This document shows positions 52,740-62,099 of a stretch of 64,000 nucleotides of DNA, piece after piece. Every line of letters starts with the position of its first letter. Positions within the stretch are counted from its first letter, which is position 1. A program made the translations under genes and the position numbers. The DNA comes from an uncultured Gemmatimonadaceae bacterium (GTDB lineage: Bacteria; Gemmatimonadota; Gemmatimonadetes; Gemmatimonadales; Gemmatimonadaceae), in the NCBI GenBank assembly GCA_963781585.1, contig CAWAGQ010000005.1, positions 32,001 to 96,000 of the forward strand, read 5' to 3'. A model generated the notes under the pieces. That model had not been told where the DNA came from. It worked only from the letters and a program-made list of their open reading frames with translations, and did not search any database.

Positions 52740-55724
52740 ATGATCCCCGTCAACATGCTGCGCCTGTTGACATTCGGAGGGCTCGCCCTCGAGCGGCCAG
52801 GGGGACCGCCGCCGCCGCGGCTCCGTCCGCAACGGCTGGCGATTCTCGCTGTCCTGGCTGCCGCCGGCGACCGCGGCGTGTCGCGCGAGCGCATGACCGG
52901 ACTCTTCTGGCCGGAAGCGGACGAGGAACGGGCCCGTCACTCGCTGCGCCAGGCGCTGTATTCCTTGCGTCAGGAGCTGGGCGCCGGCGTGATCCGGTCC
53001 GGCGCGCAGTTGTCGTTCGATGGCGCCGCCTTTACCTCCGACGTCGGTGACTTCCGGGCCGCCGTCGCCGCGGGCGACCGGGCTCGTGCCGCAGCGCTCG
53101 CGACCGGGCCGTTTCTTCTCGGATTCTATCTCGCTGACAGTCCCGAATTCGAGCGCTGGGTGGAAGAGGAGCGCGGCGCCCTCACGGCCGAGGCCACCCG
53201 CGTCGTCCTCGCGCTCACCAGGGAGGCCGACGCCGGCGGCGATCACGATGCCGCGGTGGAGTGGTGGCGCCGGCTCACGACGCTCGACCCGCTGAGCGGC
53301 CGCTTCGCGTTAGGCTACCTGAAGGCGCTGGCTGCCCGCGGCGACCGTGCCGGGGCGCTGGCCTTCGCCCGGTCGCACGAGAACATCGTCCGCCGCGAAC
53401 TGGAGGCCGATTCCGATCCGGAGATTCGCCGGCTGGAGGCGGAGTTGCGCGCCATCCCGTCGCCCGCGGTGGTCCGCGCCGCCCCGCCACGGGCGCTCGA
53501 CGCCGGTGTCGCGGTCGATGGGGCGCCCGCCCGCACGCCTGACGAGGCAGGGCCCGACGCGAAGCCATCCGGCCTCCCGATGCCGGCGGGTTCGACCGCC
53601 GGGACGAACGCGCCGCGTGACCCCAGTGCGGATGCAACCCCATCGCGCGCCGCCGCCATCCCGCCGCCACGCTCACCGAAACGACCCTGGCTCGTCCCGA
53701 GCGTGGCGGCCGCGGGCGTGTTGGTCGTCGTGTCCATCCTGACCGCCGACCGGTGGGGCCCGGCGTTGGGCCTCGGCGCCCATCGCAAGTCACCAACGTT
53801 TGCGGTGGGGATCATCCGCGAGGAAGGCGTTCCCGATACACTGCGAATCGGGGGCGTGCTCACCGACATGCTGGCCACCAACCTGGCGCGCGTGGGCGGG
53901 CTCTCGGTGCTGGCCAATGCGAGGCTCTTCGAGTTGATGCTCCCGGGTCAGGATACGCTCGAAACGGGATACCTCGAGGCGGCACGCCGCGCCGGCGCCA
54001 CCGAGATCTTCCAGGGGCGTCTGCTTTCCGGCCCGCAGTGGAGCCTGGCGATGGAGATGCAGCGCGTGGATCTCGCAACCGGCATCGTTCGCAGCGCCTA
54101 TCGCGTCGCCGCCGCCAACCGGTATGCTCTGATCGACAGCATGACGGCGGCGATCGCGCGTGACCTGCGTGTCGGCATGCCCAGCAGCTCGGTGGCCGAC
54201 GCCACGACCGACTCGCCGATGGCGTATCGCCTCTACGAGGAGGGACTCCGCGCCTACTATCAGTACGACCAGCCCGCGGCACGGCGCCTGATGCAGGCAG
54301 CGCTCGACGAGGACTCGAGCTTCGCGATGGCGGCGTATTACGATGCGCTGCTCGCGCCAAGCGGGGGCCACGAGGAAGTCGACACCCGCCGGCGGGCGCT
54401 GCAGCTCGCCGCCCGCGCGCCCGAGCGCGAGCGTCTGACGATTTCGGCCGATCTGCTCACACAGGACATGGAACCGGCGGCGCTGGCCGTCGCCGAGTCC
54501 TTGACCACGAGATATCCCACCAACCCGCGCGCGTTTGCGTTGTACGCGAGCGCCCTGCACTTCGCCGGCCAATGGCGCGACGCCGTGACGGCGATCGAGC
54601 GCGCGATCGCGCTGGACTCGGCGTCGGAGCCCGTAGAGCGGCAAAACTGCAGGCTTTGCTCGGACCTCGGACAGCTCGCCGAGGTCTACTTCTGGTGGGA
54701 TTCGCTGCCCGCAGCAGAGCGCACCGCGCGACGCTTCCTCCGACTTCGTCCGAGCTCGCACTATCCCTGGCATCTCCTGGTCCGTTCGGCGGCTGCGCGT
54801 GGCGACCTGACCGCCTTCCGCGAGTATTTGCGACACTACGACGCGGCGAATCCATCGATCACGTCGGCGAACTACCTGCTCCACTTCGTGACGCTCGCCG
54901 AGGATTACGACGAGGTCGAACGGAGCGTGCAGAGGGCCCTGGACTCACCGAGAGCGGACGACGCCAGCGAGGCCCGGTGGTTTCGCTCTATCTCGCTCCG
55001 GAACGAGGGGCGTCTGGAGGAGGCCCTCAGGCTGGCGCGCGTGCGTCCGAACCCGAACGACCTGGCCGAAGGACTGATCGCGCTCGAGCGTGGGGATCCC
55101 CGCACCGCCGTATCGATCTTCGGCGCATACGCCCGGGGGGATCAGTCCATGTGGTCGCCCGGCGTTCAGGCGCGGCACGACGCCTGGAACCGCACACTCC
55201 TGGGAATGGCTCTGGCCGCGGCGGGCGACACGATTGCCCTGCGCGCGCTCGCCGACACGGTGGAGAATCTGGGACGCCGGAGCATCTACGGCCGCGACCG
55301 GCGCGCACACCACTACTTGCGCGGGATGCTGCTGGTGGCCGAGCACCGCGACACCGAGGCGGCCGACGAGTTGCGTCAGGCAATCCACTCGCCGACCAAC
55401 GGATTCACCCGCATCAACTACGAGCTGGGGAAGACGCTCATGCGGTTGGGGCGTCCCGCCGAAGCGGTGCCGGTGGTTCGAGCGGCGCTGCACGGAGACA
55501 TCGACGGGTCGAATCTGTACATGACGCGAACCGATCTCCACGAGCTCCTCGCCCAGGCATTCGATCGGCTGGGGAGTCGCGACAGCGCGTCAGTGCATTA
55601 TCGCGCGGTGGTCAAGGCCTGGGAGCACGCCGACCCGCTATACCACGCGCGGCGCGAGCAGGCGCGCGCATGGCTGGCGCGGAATCCGGAGCCCCGGACC
55701 ACCGGTACGGCCAGGGATCGTTAG
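52740..55724 (+). CDS. SARP-like BTAD transcriptional regulator with TM segment and TPR C-terminus
   Basis: LLTFGGL, FWPEADEERARHSLRQALY and EFERWVEEER motifs; Pro-rich linker; TM helix; TPRs. Confidence 0.85.
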   Translation: MIPVNMLRLLTFGGLALERPGGPPPPRLRPQRLAILAVLAAAGDRGVSRERMTGLFWPEADEERARHSLRQALYSLRQELGAGVIRSGAQLSFDGAAFTSDVGDFRAAVAAGDRARAAALATGPFLLGFYLADSPEFERWVEEERGALTAEATRVVLALTREADAGGDHDAAVEWWRRLTTLDPLSGRFALGYLKALAARGDRAGALAFARSHENIVRRELEADSDPEIRRLEAELRAIPSPAVVRAAPPRALDAGVAVDGAPARTPDEAGPDAKPSGLPMPAGSTAGTNAPRDPSADATPSRAAAIPPPRSPKRPWLVPSVAAAGVLVVVSILTADRWGPALGLGAHRKSPTFAVGIIREEGVPDTLRIGGVLTDMLATNLARVGGLSVLANARLFELMLPGQDTLETGYLEAARRAGATEIFQGRLLSGPQWSLAMEMQRVDLATGIVRSAYRVAAANRYALIDSMTAAIARDLRVGMPSSSVADATTDSPMAYRLYEEGLRAYYQYDQPAARRLMQAALDEDSSFAMAAYYDALLAPSGGHEEVDTRRRALQLAARAPERERLTISADLLTQDMEPAALAVAESLTTRYPTNPRAFALYASALHFAGQWRDAVTAIERAIALDSASEPVERQNCRLCSDLGQLAEVYFWWDSLPAAERTARRFLRLRPSSHYPWHLLVRSAAARGDLTAFREYLRHYDAANPSITSANYLLHFVTLAEDYDEVERSVQRALDSPRADDASEARWFRSISLRNEGRLEEALRLARVRPNPNDLAEGLIALERGDPRTAVSIFGAYARGDQSMWSPGVQARHDAWNRTLLGMALAAAGDTIALRALADTVENLGRRSIYGRDRRAHHYLRGMLLVAEHRDTEAADELRQAIHSPTNGFTRINYELGKTLMRLGRPAEAVPVVRAALHGDIDGSNLYMTRTDLHELLAQAFDRLGSRDSASVHYRAVVKAWEHADPLYHARREQARAWLARNPEPRTTGTARDR

Positions 55725-55825
55725 GCTGTGGCCGGTCAGAGGTGTTCATCGAGCGGGCACCTGAGTGCCCACGGGCAACGGCAAGGCCGGCGCGTTGACT
55801 ACCCCCGCTGGGGTGCCCGGCGCCC

Positions 55826-56509
55826 CTATTGGCTCGATTCGTTCGTCTCGATCCACCGCTCCAGCAGGGCGAGATGCCGCGTCAGGACGGCCTCGGCATC
55901 GAGGGCGCCCTGGTCCGACGGATCACTCGGTCCCGCGCCTTGCAACGCGAGGTCCGCATCGATGAAGAACGCGGCATCGACCGCTGCCCGGCCCTCGACT
56001 TCGATACCGGGCATGGCGTCGACGTGGCCCTGACCGCGAGCGCCGAGAAGTCTGAGGTAGATCGCGTAATACCGGTCGGCGGCGGCAATGTACGGTGCCA
56101 CGCCCTGCGACTCGATGTACTCGCCAGCGGTCCCGTCTGCGCCGTACACTCCTTCAGTCTCCGGGTGCGGCTCATTCTCGACGAACGTTTCGCTCCCGTC
56201 GGCCTGCACGATCCGGCCGAGCGGGTAGAGGCGACAGACGAGCGGCCGGTCGGCGTGTACGGTGCAGCCTCGAGGCCCGAGAAAGACGCACGCCGGATCG
56301 CCGCGCGTGGCCAGCGCGGTGCCGCCGTCTACGGTGAAGCGCGCGATCACCTCCGTGGTCGTCGTGCCGAGATTCCGCGAAAGGCGCACCAGCTCGTATG
56401 GGTTGACCTGGATGCGCTTGCCGTAGCAGCACCGGCTGCACGCGCGGCATTGGTAGGAGAACGCCGACGTGCGCGCGTGCAGCACCGGCAGCGGCACCGG
56501 CACCGCCAC
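55826..56509 (-). CDS. YkgJ family CxxCxxCC cysteine-cluster protein
   Basis: CRACSRCC; CVFL...CTVHADRPLVCRLYP. Confidence 0.88.
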   Translation of the reverse strand: MAVPVPLPVLHARTSAFSYQCRACSRCCYGKRIQVNPYELVRLSRNLGTTTTEVIARFTVDGGTALATRGDPACVFLGPRGCTVHADRPLVCRLYPLGRIVQADGSETFVENEPHPETEGVYGADGTAGEYIESQGVAPYIAAADRYYAIYLRLLGARGQGHVDAMPGIEVEGRAAVDAAFFIDADLALQGAGPSDPSDQGALDAEAVLTRHLALLERWIETNESSQ

Positions 56510-56512
56510 CGG

Positions 56513-56875
56513 TCAGTCTCCGGGCGCCGACATCACCGCGCGCACCTTGTCCTGGATCATCGAGGGGATGCCCATCATGCCCAGCTCACGCGCCAACGAA
56601 TCGTACCACTTGACCTGGACGCGGGCCCCGGCGGGTGAACCGAGGAATATGCTGACGGCATCCATCAGGTCGGTGCTGCCCACGAGCGCGCCGCCATCGC
56701 CGGGCGCCTTGTAGAACTTGATCTGCAGCCGAGCCGCGCTCGGTGCCGCGGCCAGGAGTTCCGCCGGCACGCCCAGGCCCGCTCCCAGCGCCAGGGCCGC
56801 CGCCAGCCGGACGCTGTCACGTCGGGAGACCGCAGGAGCGTCGTCGGGCTTGAGTCCGATCTTCTCGTCAGGCAT
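56513..56875 (-). CDS. Small protein with twin-arginine-like signal
   Basis: GGAGG RBS; VSRRDSVRL followed by a hydrophobic helix. Confidence 0.7.
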   Translation of the reverse strand: MPDEKIGLKPDDAPAVSRRDSVRLAAALALGAGLGVPAELLAAAPSAARLQIKFYKAPGDGGALVGSTDLMDAVSIFLGSPAGARVQVKWYDSLARELGMMGIPSMIQDKVRAVMSAPGD

Positions 56876-57010
56876 GACCGCCTCCATTTGTGGGTCGCCT
56901 CGTCAGTGTGCGTCACGGCGAGACGCCCAAGTCGTACTTGCACCGCATCGTGACGCCGGCACCGGGGCGGGGCCGTGAAGCCCGCAATGAACGACTTGCC
57001 GTCCGTGGCG

Positions 57011-57850
57011 TCAGGGCTTCTTCGCGCTGTCGGGGTCGGGAGCGCGGCGGATGCCGTACCCGTCGGCCGCTTTCTTCAGGAAGTAGTCTGCCGCTTCGTA
57101 GCCCGCAGTCGACTGGAGCGCGGATGCGGCGTCACCCATCGCCATGACCATCTGCAGGACGTTGGCCCGGTGAGCCTCTTCGATCTTGGGAACAACGTCC
57201 GTCCTGAGGTATTCTCCGTAGGCCCTCAGCCAGGTCTGGAGCTTGCCCTCCGGGCCCAGATATCCCATGCAGACCTTGTCGTACTCCGTCTTCAGCTGTT
57301 CCTGCAGCGCGTCGAACTTTCTCTGGTCAGCGGGATCGGGGAAGTAGGCCCCGCCTTCGCCGGGCTTCGACCTGGTCTTGATGAGCTGGTCGATCGCCAG
57401 ATGGACCGGCGCCTGCGCCTTCTTTGCCGCCGGGTTGAACTCGTCCCGCAGGCCCTTGAATTCCTCATCCTTGTACACGTCCGCACCGCGAAAGAGAGAC
57501 TGCAGGTCGGCCGACGCTGTCTTCGCGGCCTGCATCGCCTTCATCGCCTCCTGCGGATTCTTCATCATGTACGCCTGCATGTTGCGCGCTTTGGTGGCGC
57601 CATCTATCGAATCGAGCCCCGCTTTGATGCCGCCGTTGATCTTCTCCTGCTTCGCCTGCTCGGCCTTGTTGGCCTCGATGGCCTTGTCCAGCCGCGTGCC
57701 GATGTCGTTGGCCGGGTCGCACGTCTTCGGAAGGTCCGGGACGACCCGCCACGGATCAGCTTTCGTCTTTGTCTGAGCGATGGCGGTGCCAGTGCAGAGC
57801 ACCAGGGCGCCGAGTGCGCAGGTGATGGTTCGAGACACGAATCGGGTCAT
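57011..57850 (-). CDS. Secreted alpha-helical hypothetical protein
   Basis: Signal peptide ending AIA; GAGG RBS; host-like codons. Confidence 0.8.
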   Translation of the reverse strand: MTRFVSRTITCALGALVLCTGTAIAQTKTKADPWRVVPDLPKTCDPANDIGTRLDKAIEANKAEQAKQEKINGGIKAGLDSIDGATKARNMQAYMMKNPQEAMKAMQAAKTASADLQSLFRGADVYKDEEFKGLRDEFNPAAKKAQAPVHLAIDQLIKTRSKPGEGGAYFPDPADQRKFDALQEQLKTEYDKVCMGYLGPEGKLQTWLRAYGEYLRTDVVPKIEEAHRANVLQMVMAMGDAASALQSTAGYEAADYFLKKAADGYGIRRAPDPDSAKKP

Positions 57851-57896
57851 TTAATCCTCTCCTGGGTTGGCGCGGTGCCGGCGTCGGCGGGGCGCT

Positions 57897-59159
57897 TCAT
57901 TGCTTCACCACCTCCACCCGCCGATTCTGCGCCCGGCCGGCGAGCGTGGTATTCGGGACCGCCGGTTTGGTGTCGCCGAGTCCCTGCGTGGTGATGCGGT
58001 CGGCGTCGGCGCCGAAGTCGGAGACGAGCGCCGCCTTCACCGCCGCCGCGCGCGCGTCGCTCAGTGTGAGGTTGCTCGCCGCCGAGCCGACGTTGTCGGT
58101 GTGCCCTTCGATCAGGATCTTCAGGTCGGCGTGCTGCTTCATCGTGGCGGCGATATCCTTCAGCACCGGCCGCGACTCGGGCTGCAGGTCCGCCTTGCCG
58201 GTGGCGAAGAGGATCCCCTGCGTTACCCATCGCCCCTTGCTGGCGAGCGCGTCGTACAGCACGTCGGTCTCGCTCTCGGCCACCCGGATGCTGGTGATGA
58301 AGAGCGCCTGATCATTCGCCTCGCTCCCGCCCAGCAGCACGCGGATGACGGTGTCGCGCTTGAACTGGAGCTCGGGATTGTTGTAGAGGCGCTTCTCGTT
58401 CGCGTACATCTTGAAGTACGCACTGTCCATCAGGATACGGAGGTGGGCCACCTTGCCGTAGTACAGCTGGGCCATGTCGGCCGGGGGATGCAGCTGGCTG
58501 GTGGCGATGCTCTGCCCGCCGCCAATGATGAAACCACTGTGCGTATGCCAGTTGATCTCGGCCGACTTCGGGCTCCGGTCCATGGCCGCGCCGCCCTCCA
58601 CCGCCACCAGCGGCGACGTGCTGGGGTAGACGGGAGGCACCAGCACATCGATCTCGAGCGTGAAGCGTTGCGGCAGGACGCGGCCTAACGGGACGAGGAG
58701 CGTTCCGGTGCCGGTGGCCCGGAGCATCTTCACGTCATCGCGCTCCACGACTTCCATCGGGCCGCCGACGTACTTCAGTCCCCGGGCGAAGTTGCCGACC
58801 TTGTCCTCGGAGAAGTCGGTGTAGAAGAGCACCTTGTTCCCGGGCACGAAGTCGTAGTTCTCCCAGATCTTCGGGTCGGCCTTCGCCGCGGGTTCCGTTC
58901 CGCCGGGGGTTGTCGCGGCGGGTGCCTGCCCGGACGGCGGCGCCGCTCCTCCAGCCGCGTTAGGCTTCGTGGAATCGGCGGCGGCTTTCGCCCTGGCGCT
59001 GTCGGCGGCGGACTTCCTGGCGGCCTCGTCGATCTTCTTCTTCGCTGCCTCGGCCTTCTTCTTCAGCGAACCGAGACCCTGCGCGGAGCCGGCGCCCGGA
59101 GATGCCACGGCGAAGCCGAGCGCCGCCAGACCGATCGCCAACCGTCTCATGATGTGCAT
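57897..59159 (-). CDS. OmpA-family peptidoglycan-binding protein
   Basis: YDFVPG N-domain; EGHTDNVG...LSDARA...NRRVE. Confidence 0.9.
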   Translation of the reverse strand: MHIMRRLAIGLAALGFAVASPGAGSAQGLGSLKKKAEAAKKKIDEAARKSAADSARAKAAADSTKPNAAGGAAPPSGQAPAATTPGGTEPAAKADPKIWENYDFVPGNKVLFYTDFSEDKVGNFARGLKYVGGPMEVVERDDVKMLRATGTGTLLVPLGRVLPQRFTLEIDVLVPPVYPSTSPLVAVEGGAAMDRSPKSAEINWHTHSGFIIGGGQSIATSQLHPPADMAQLYYGKVAHLRILMDSAYFKMYANEKRLYNNPELQFKRDTVIRVLLGGSEANDQALFITSIRVAESETDVLYDALASKGRWVTQGILFATGKADLQPESRPVLKDIAATMKQHADLKILIEGHTDNVGSAASNLTLSDARAAAVKAALVSDFGADADRITTQGLGDTKPAVPNTTLAGRAQNRRVEVVKQ

Positions 59160-59304
59160 CGCATCCTCCTTGCACCGATTTCACCGGGCCTTACCGTCGA
59201 CAAGCCAATACCGAAATGCGAGCCTTGTCTGGTCTGTCGAAGCGATCGGCTCGGACGAGTGAGTGTACGTTCTGTCCGTATCGCGTGAGTGTTGCAGCAG
59301 GTGG

Positions 59305-59527
59305 TCCCTGCCCCCGAGGCGCCGAGATCCTGCTCCTGCTGCACCTGCGGCAGCGCCATCCGCTCGAGCACGATGAACCGCGAAGTCGCGGCCAGCGACG
59401 TCGTCAGCGCCTCGGTGAGCGAGCGGGCGAACTCAGCCGGAGCCGGAATGGAGATGGTGGTCTGCGTGGTCTGCTGGTATCCGCCGCCTGGAGCCATCGC
59501 GGGCTGGCCCATCTGCGTCATCTGCAT
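59305..59527 (-). pseudogene. CsgG/HfaB-like fragment
   Basis: LTTSL...RFIVLER...QEQDLGASG, after which the resemblance stops. Confidence 0.5.
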
Positions 59528-59541
59528 CCGGACGACATGCC

Positions 59542-60006
59542 TCACGGAATCGTCCTCTCGGCGTAGTTGTTGCCCGGTACCGGGTCCGGAGTGCTGCTGT
59601 ACGTGAACACGCCGAAGCGCCTCGGCAGCCCATCGGCCGGGAGCGTGGTAGAGACGGCGACCTCGCGGAATCCGGCATTGGGAATGGCACCGAGGTCGCA
59701 CAGCACCGCGGCGCGTTGCACGAGGCTCAGGGAAGAACCAGCCGAGGCCGCGCACCCGGGACCGAGGCGCTCGATGTCGACACCCACCGGGAGCAGAAAC
59801 AGGAGACGCGCATCGCGGGCGTCGTCCTTGTTCTCCGTATAGATGACGACCCGCGCGCTCATGTTCGTGCGGGTCTTCGTCACTTCGAGCGTGCGGATCC
59901 GGATGTCCGCCTGCCACAGCTGCGACTGTGGCATCGCCGTCGGCAGACTGGCACCGACGGCAACCAGGAGGAGCCCCAGGGCCGTGACAGTACGTGCGGC
60001 TTTCAT
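59542..60006 (-). CDS. Secreted DUF11-like single-domain protein
   Basis: Signal peptide; C...CDLG and TPDPVPGNN motifs. Confidence 0.65.
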   Translation of the reverse strand: MKAARTVTALGLLLVAVGASLPTAMPQSQLWQADIRIRTLEVTKTRTNMSARVVIYTENKDDARDARLLFLLPVGVDIERLGPGCAASAGSSLSLVQRAAVLCDLGAIPNAGFREVAVSTTLPADGLPRRFGVFTYSSTPDPVPGNNYAERTIP

Positions 60007-60132
60007 GGCGGGCGATCCTAGCCTGCCCCTGTCAGCCGCGCGTCCGGCCGCCGTCAGTGTGGCGTCAACGCGCTCGCGCTATTCGAGTTGGATCCATCCG
60101 GCGAGGCGCTCTTGCCCGCCGAATCCGCGACG

Positions 60133-61632
60133 TTACGGCCCCCCGGCCTGGATCTGCTTCGCCACGCGCTCCGTCTCTTCCATCACCCGCAGTACGTTCC
60201 CGCCCCAGAGCTTGAGGATCTGTTCCTCGGTGTAGCCGCGCTTCACCAGCTCGGCCGTGACGTTGATCGCCTCGCTGGTGCAGTTGTAGCCGTCGATCCC
60301 GCCGCCCCCGTCGAAGTCGGAGCTGATGCCGACATGATCGATGCCGATCAGCTTCACGGCGTAGTCGATGTGGTTCACGAAGTCCTGCACATTCGCACGC
60401 ACCGGCGCCGGCGACGGATACTTCGCGTTGATCTCGGCCAGCCGCGACTGAAAGCGCGCCTGGGTCGCACTGTCCATCGCCGCCAGCGGATTGCCGCGGC
60501 CACCGCCTCCACGTGCGCCACCGCGACCCGCACCGCCACCACGCGCGCCTCCGCGCCCTCCACCGGCACCGCCACGCGCGGCTCCGGCCGGCGCCGAGTC
60601 ATATCCCACGCTGCACGCCGCGCTGCGCGCGGGCGCACCACCGGCTGCGCCACCGCGAGCACCGCCTCCCCCTCCACCCCCACCGCGACCGATCGCGGCG
60701 ACCGGGATACTGAATTCCTGCGCCAGGGCCTGAAGCGCCGCGGTCCGTTCGGGCGACGGCGGCTCCGGACACTTCACATATCCGGAGAACGCCACCGTCT
60801 GCATCACGCCGCCGTTCTTCCCGAGCGCCAGGAGCTGCTCGTCGTCGAGGTCGCGCGACGCGGTGGGACACAGTGCGCGCACGGCCGAGTGCGACGCGAT
60901 CACCGGCGCCTTGCTGTTCGCCATCACCCACATGTTCGACTCCTTCGACGGGTGGGAGATGTCGAGCATGATCCCCCACTTGTTCGCCTCGGCCACCACC
61001 TGCTTGCCGAGCGGACTCACGCCGTGCCACTTCCACTCGTTGTTCGACTCGCCGGTGTTGGAGTCGGAGAGCTGGTTGTGCCCGTTGTGGGCAAGCGAGA
61101 GGTATCGCCCACCGCGGTCGTAGAACTCCTTGACTCGCGTGATGTCCTGGCCGATGCCGTAGCCGTTCTCGACACCCATCAGCGCGATGAGCTTTCCCCT
61201 GGCGTGGATTCGCCGCACGTCGGCCGCGGTGAGCGCGAGCTCGATCTGGTCCGGCGCCAGCTTCTCCACCAGGTGGTGGACGGCGTCGAACTTCGCGACA
61301 TCGGTTTCGTACGCCCGCTGGTATCCCTCGGGGGTGAGATCTCCCTGGCCCACATAGATGCTGAAGAAGATCCCATTCATCCCGCCGTTCTTCATCTTCA
61401 CCAGGTCCACCTGGTGCGGATGGCCGGTGCGGTAGTTCGGCGCGCTGTCGCCCATGAATGACGGTTCGATGTCGACGTGGGTGTCGATTTTGATCGCCTT
61501 GTCATGGATGGCGCGGGCGCGCGCCATCAGGGCGACATCCGGCTGCTGGGCGCAAAGCGGGAGCGCAAAGAACGCGACCAGGGGCGCGACCGCCCACTGC
61601 GCAACGCGCGGGCGGTGAGACATGCGCGTCAT
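60133..61632 (-). CDS. Membrane dipeptidase (M19)
   Basis: IDTHVD, GVENG, DISH, IASHS and ISSDFDGGG motifs; long GGR insert. Confidence 0.92.
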   Translation of the reverse strand: MTRMSHRPRVAQWAVAPLVAFFALPLCAQQPDVALMARARAIHDKAIKIDTHVDIEPSFMGDSAPNYRTGHPHQVDLVKMKNGGMNGIFFSIYVGQGDLTPEGYQRAYETDVAKFDAVHHLVEKLAPDQIELALTAADVRRIHARGKLIALMGVENGYGIGQDITRVKEFYDRGGRYLSLAHNGHNQLSDSNTGESNNEWKWHGVSPLGKQVVAEANKWGIMLDISHPSKESNMWVMANSKAPVIASHSAVRALCPTASRDLDDEQLLALGKNGGVMQTVAFSGYVKCPEPPSPERTAALQALAQEFSIPVAAIGRGGGGGGGGARGGAAGGAPARSAACSVGYDSAPAGAARGGAGGGRGGARGGGAGRGGARGGGGRGNPLAAMDSATQARFQSRLAEINAKYPSPAPVRANVQDFVNHIDYAVKLIGIDHVGISSDFDGGGGIDGYNCTSEAINVTAELVKRGYTEEQILKLWGGNVLRVMEETERVAKQIQAGGP

Positions 61633-61750
61633 GGGAACCTCGACCGAACGGGGGTGGGAGGGGGCGCCTGCCGGCGCTCGCGATAACGTATGCGCTGGCG
61701 AACGACTCGGGGAGGCCGCTGCGCGGTCGCGAGGCGGTCGCGAGTCGCGG

Positions 61751-62083
61751 TCACGCCTTGGCCGGGAAACCAACCCCGCGCAGATCGATCCCTCGCCACA
61801 ACCGGTCCCGCATCAGCCGCGTCGCCGCCAGTGCTCGCATTCCCGCCGGCGTGATCCGGAAGATGCGCCGTGATGTCCCCGCGCCGCGCGACCGGACCGA
61901 CGCCACCAGGCTCTTCGCCTCCAGCCGGTCGAGCGTCGCGTATACCGCGCCGATGGCTACCCCGCGCGCCGTGCGGTGCTCGATCTCACGCCGCACGTTC
62001 ATCCCGAAGGCATCGTCGCCGGCATGCACCACCGCGAGCATCACGTGCTCCTCGAAAACGCCGAGTGGCGCCTCGGCCGTCAC
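61751..62083 (-). CDS. PadR family regulator
   Basis: LGVFEEHVMLA and GAVYATLDRLEAK motifs; GTG start inferred. Confidence 0.88.
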   Translation of the reverse strand: MTAEAPLGVFEEHVMLAVVHAGDDAFGMNVRREIEHRTARGVAIGAVYATLDRLEAKSLVASVRSRGAGTSRRIFRITPAGMRALAATRLMRDRLWRGIDLRGVGFPAKA

Positions 62084-62099
62084 CGCCCACTCCGATCGA

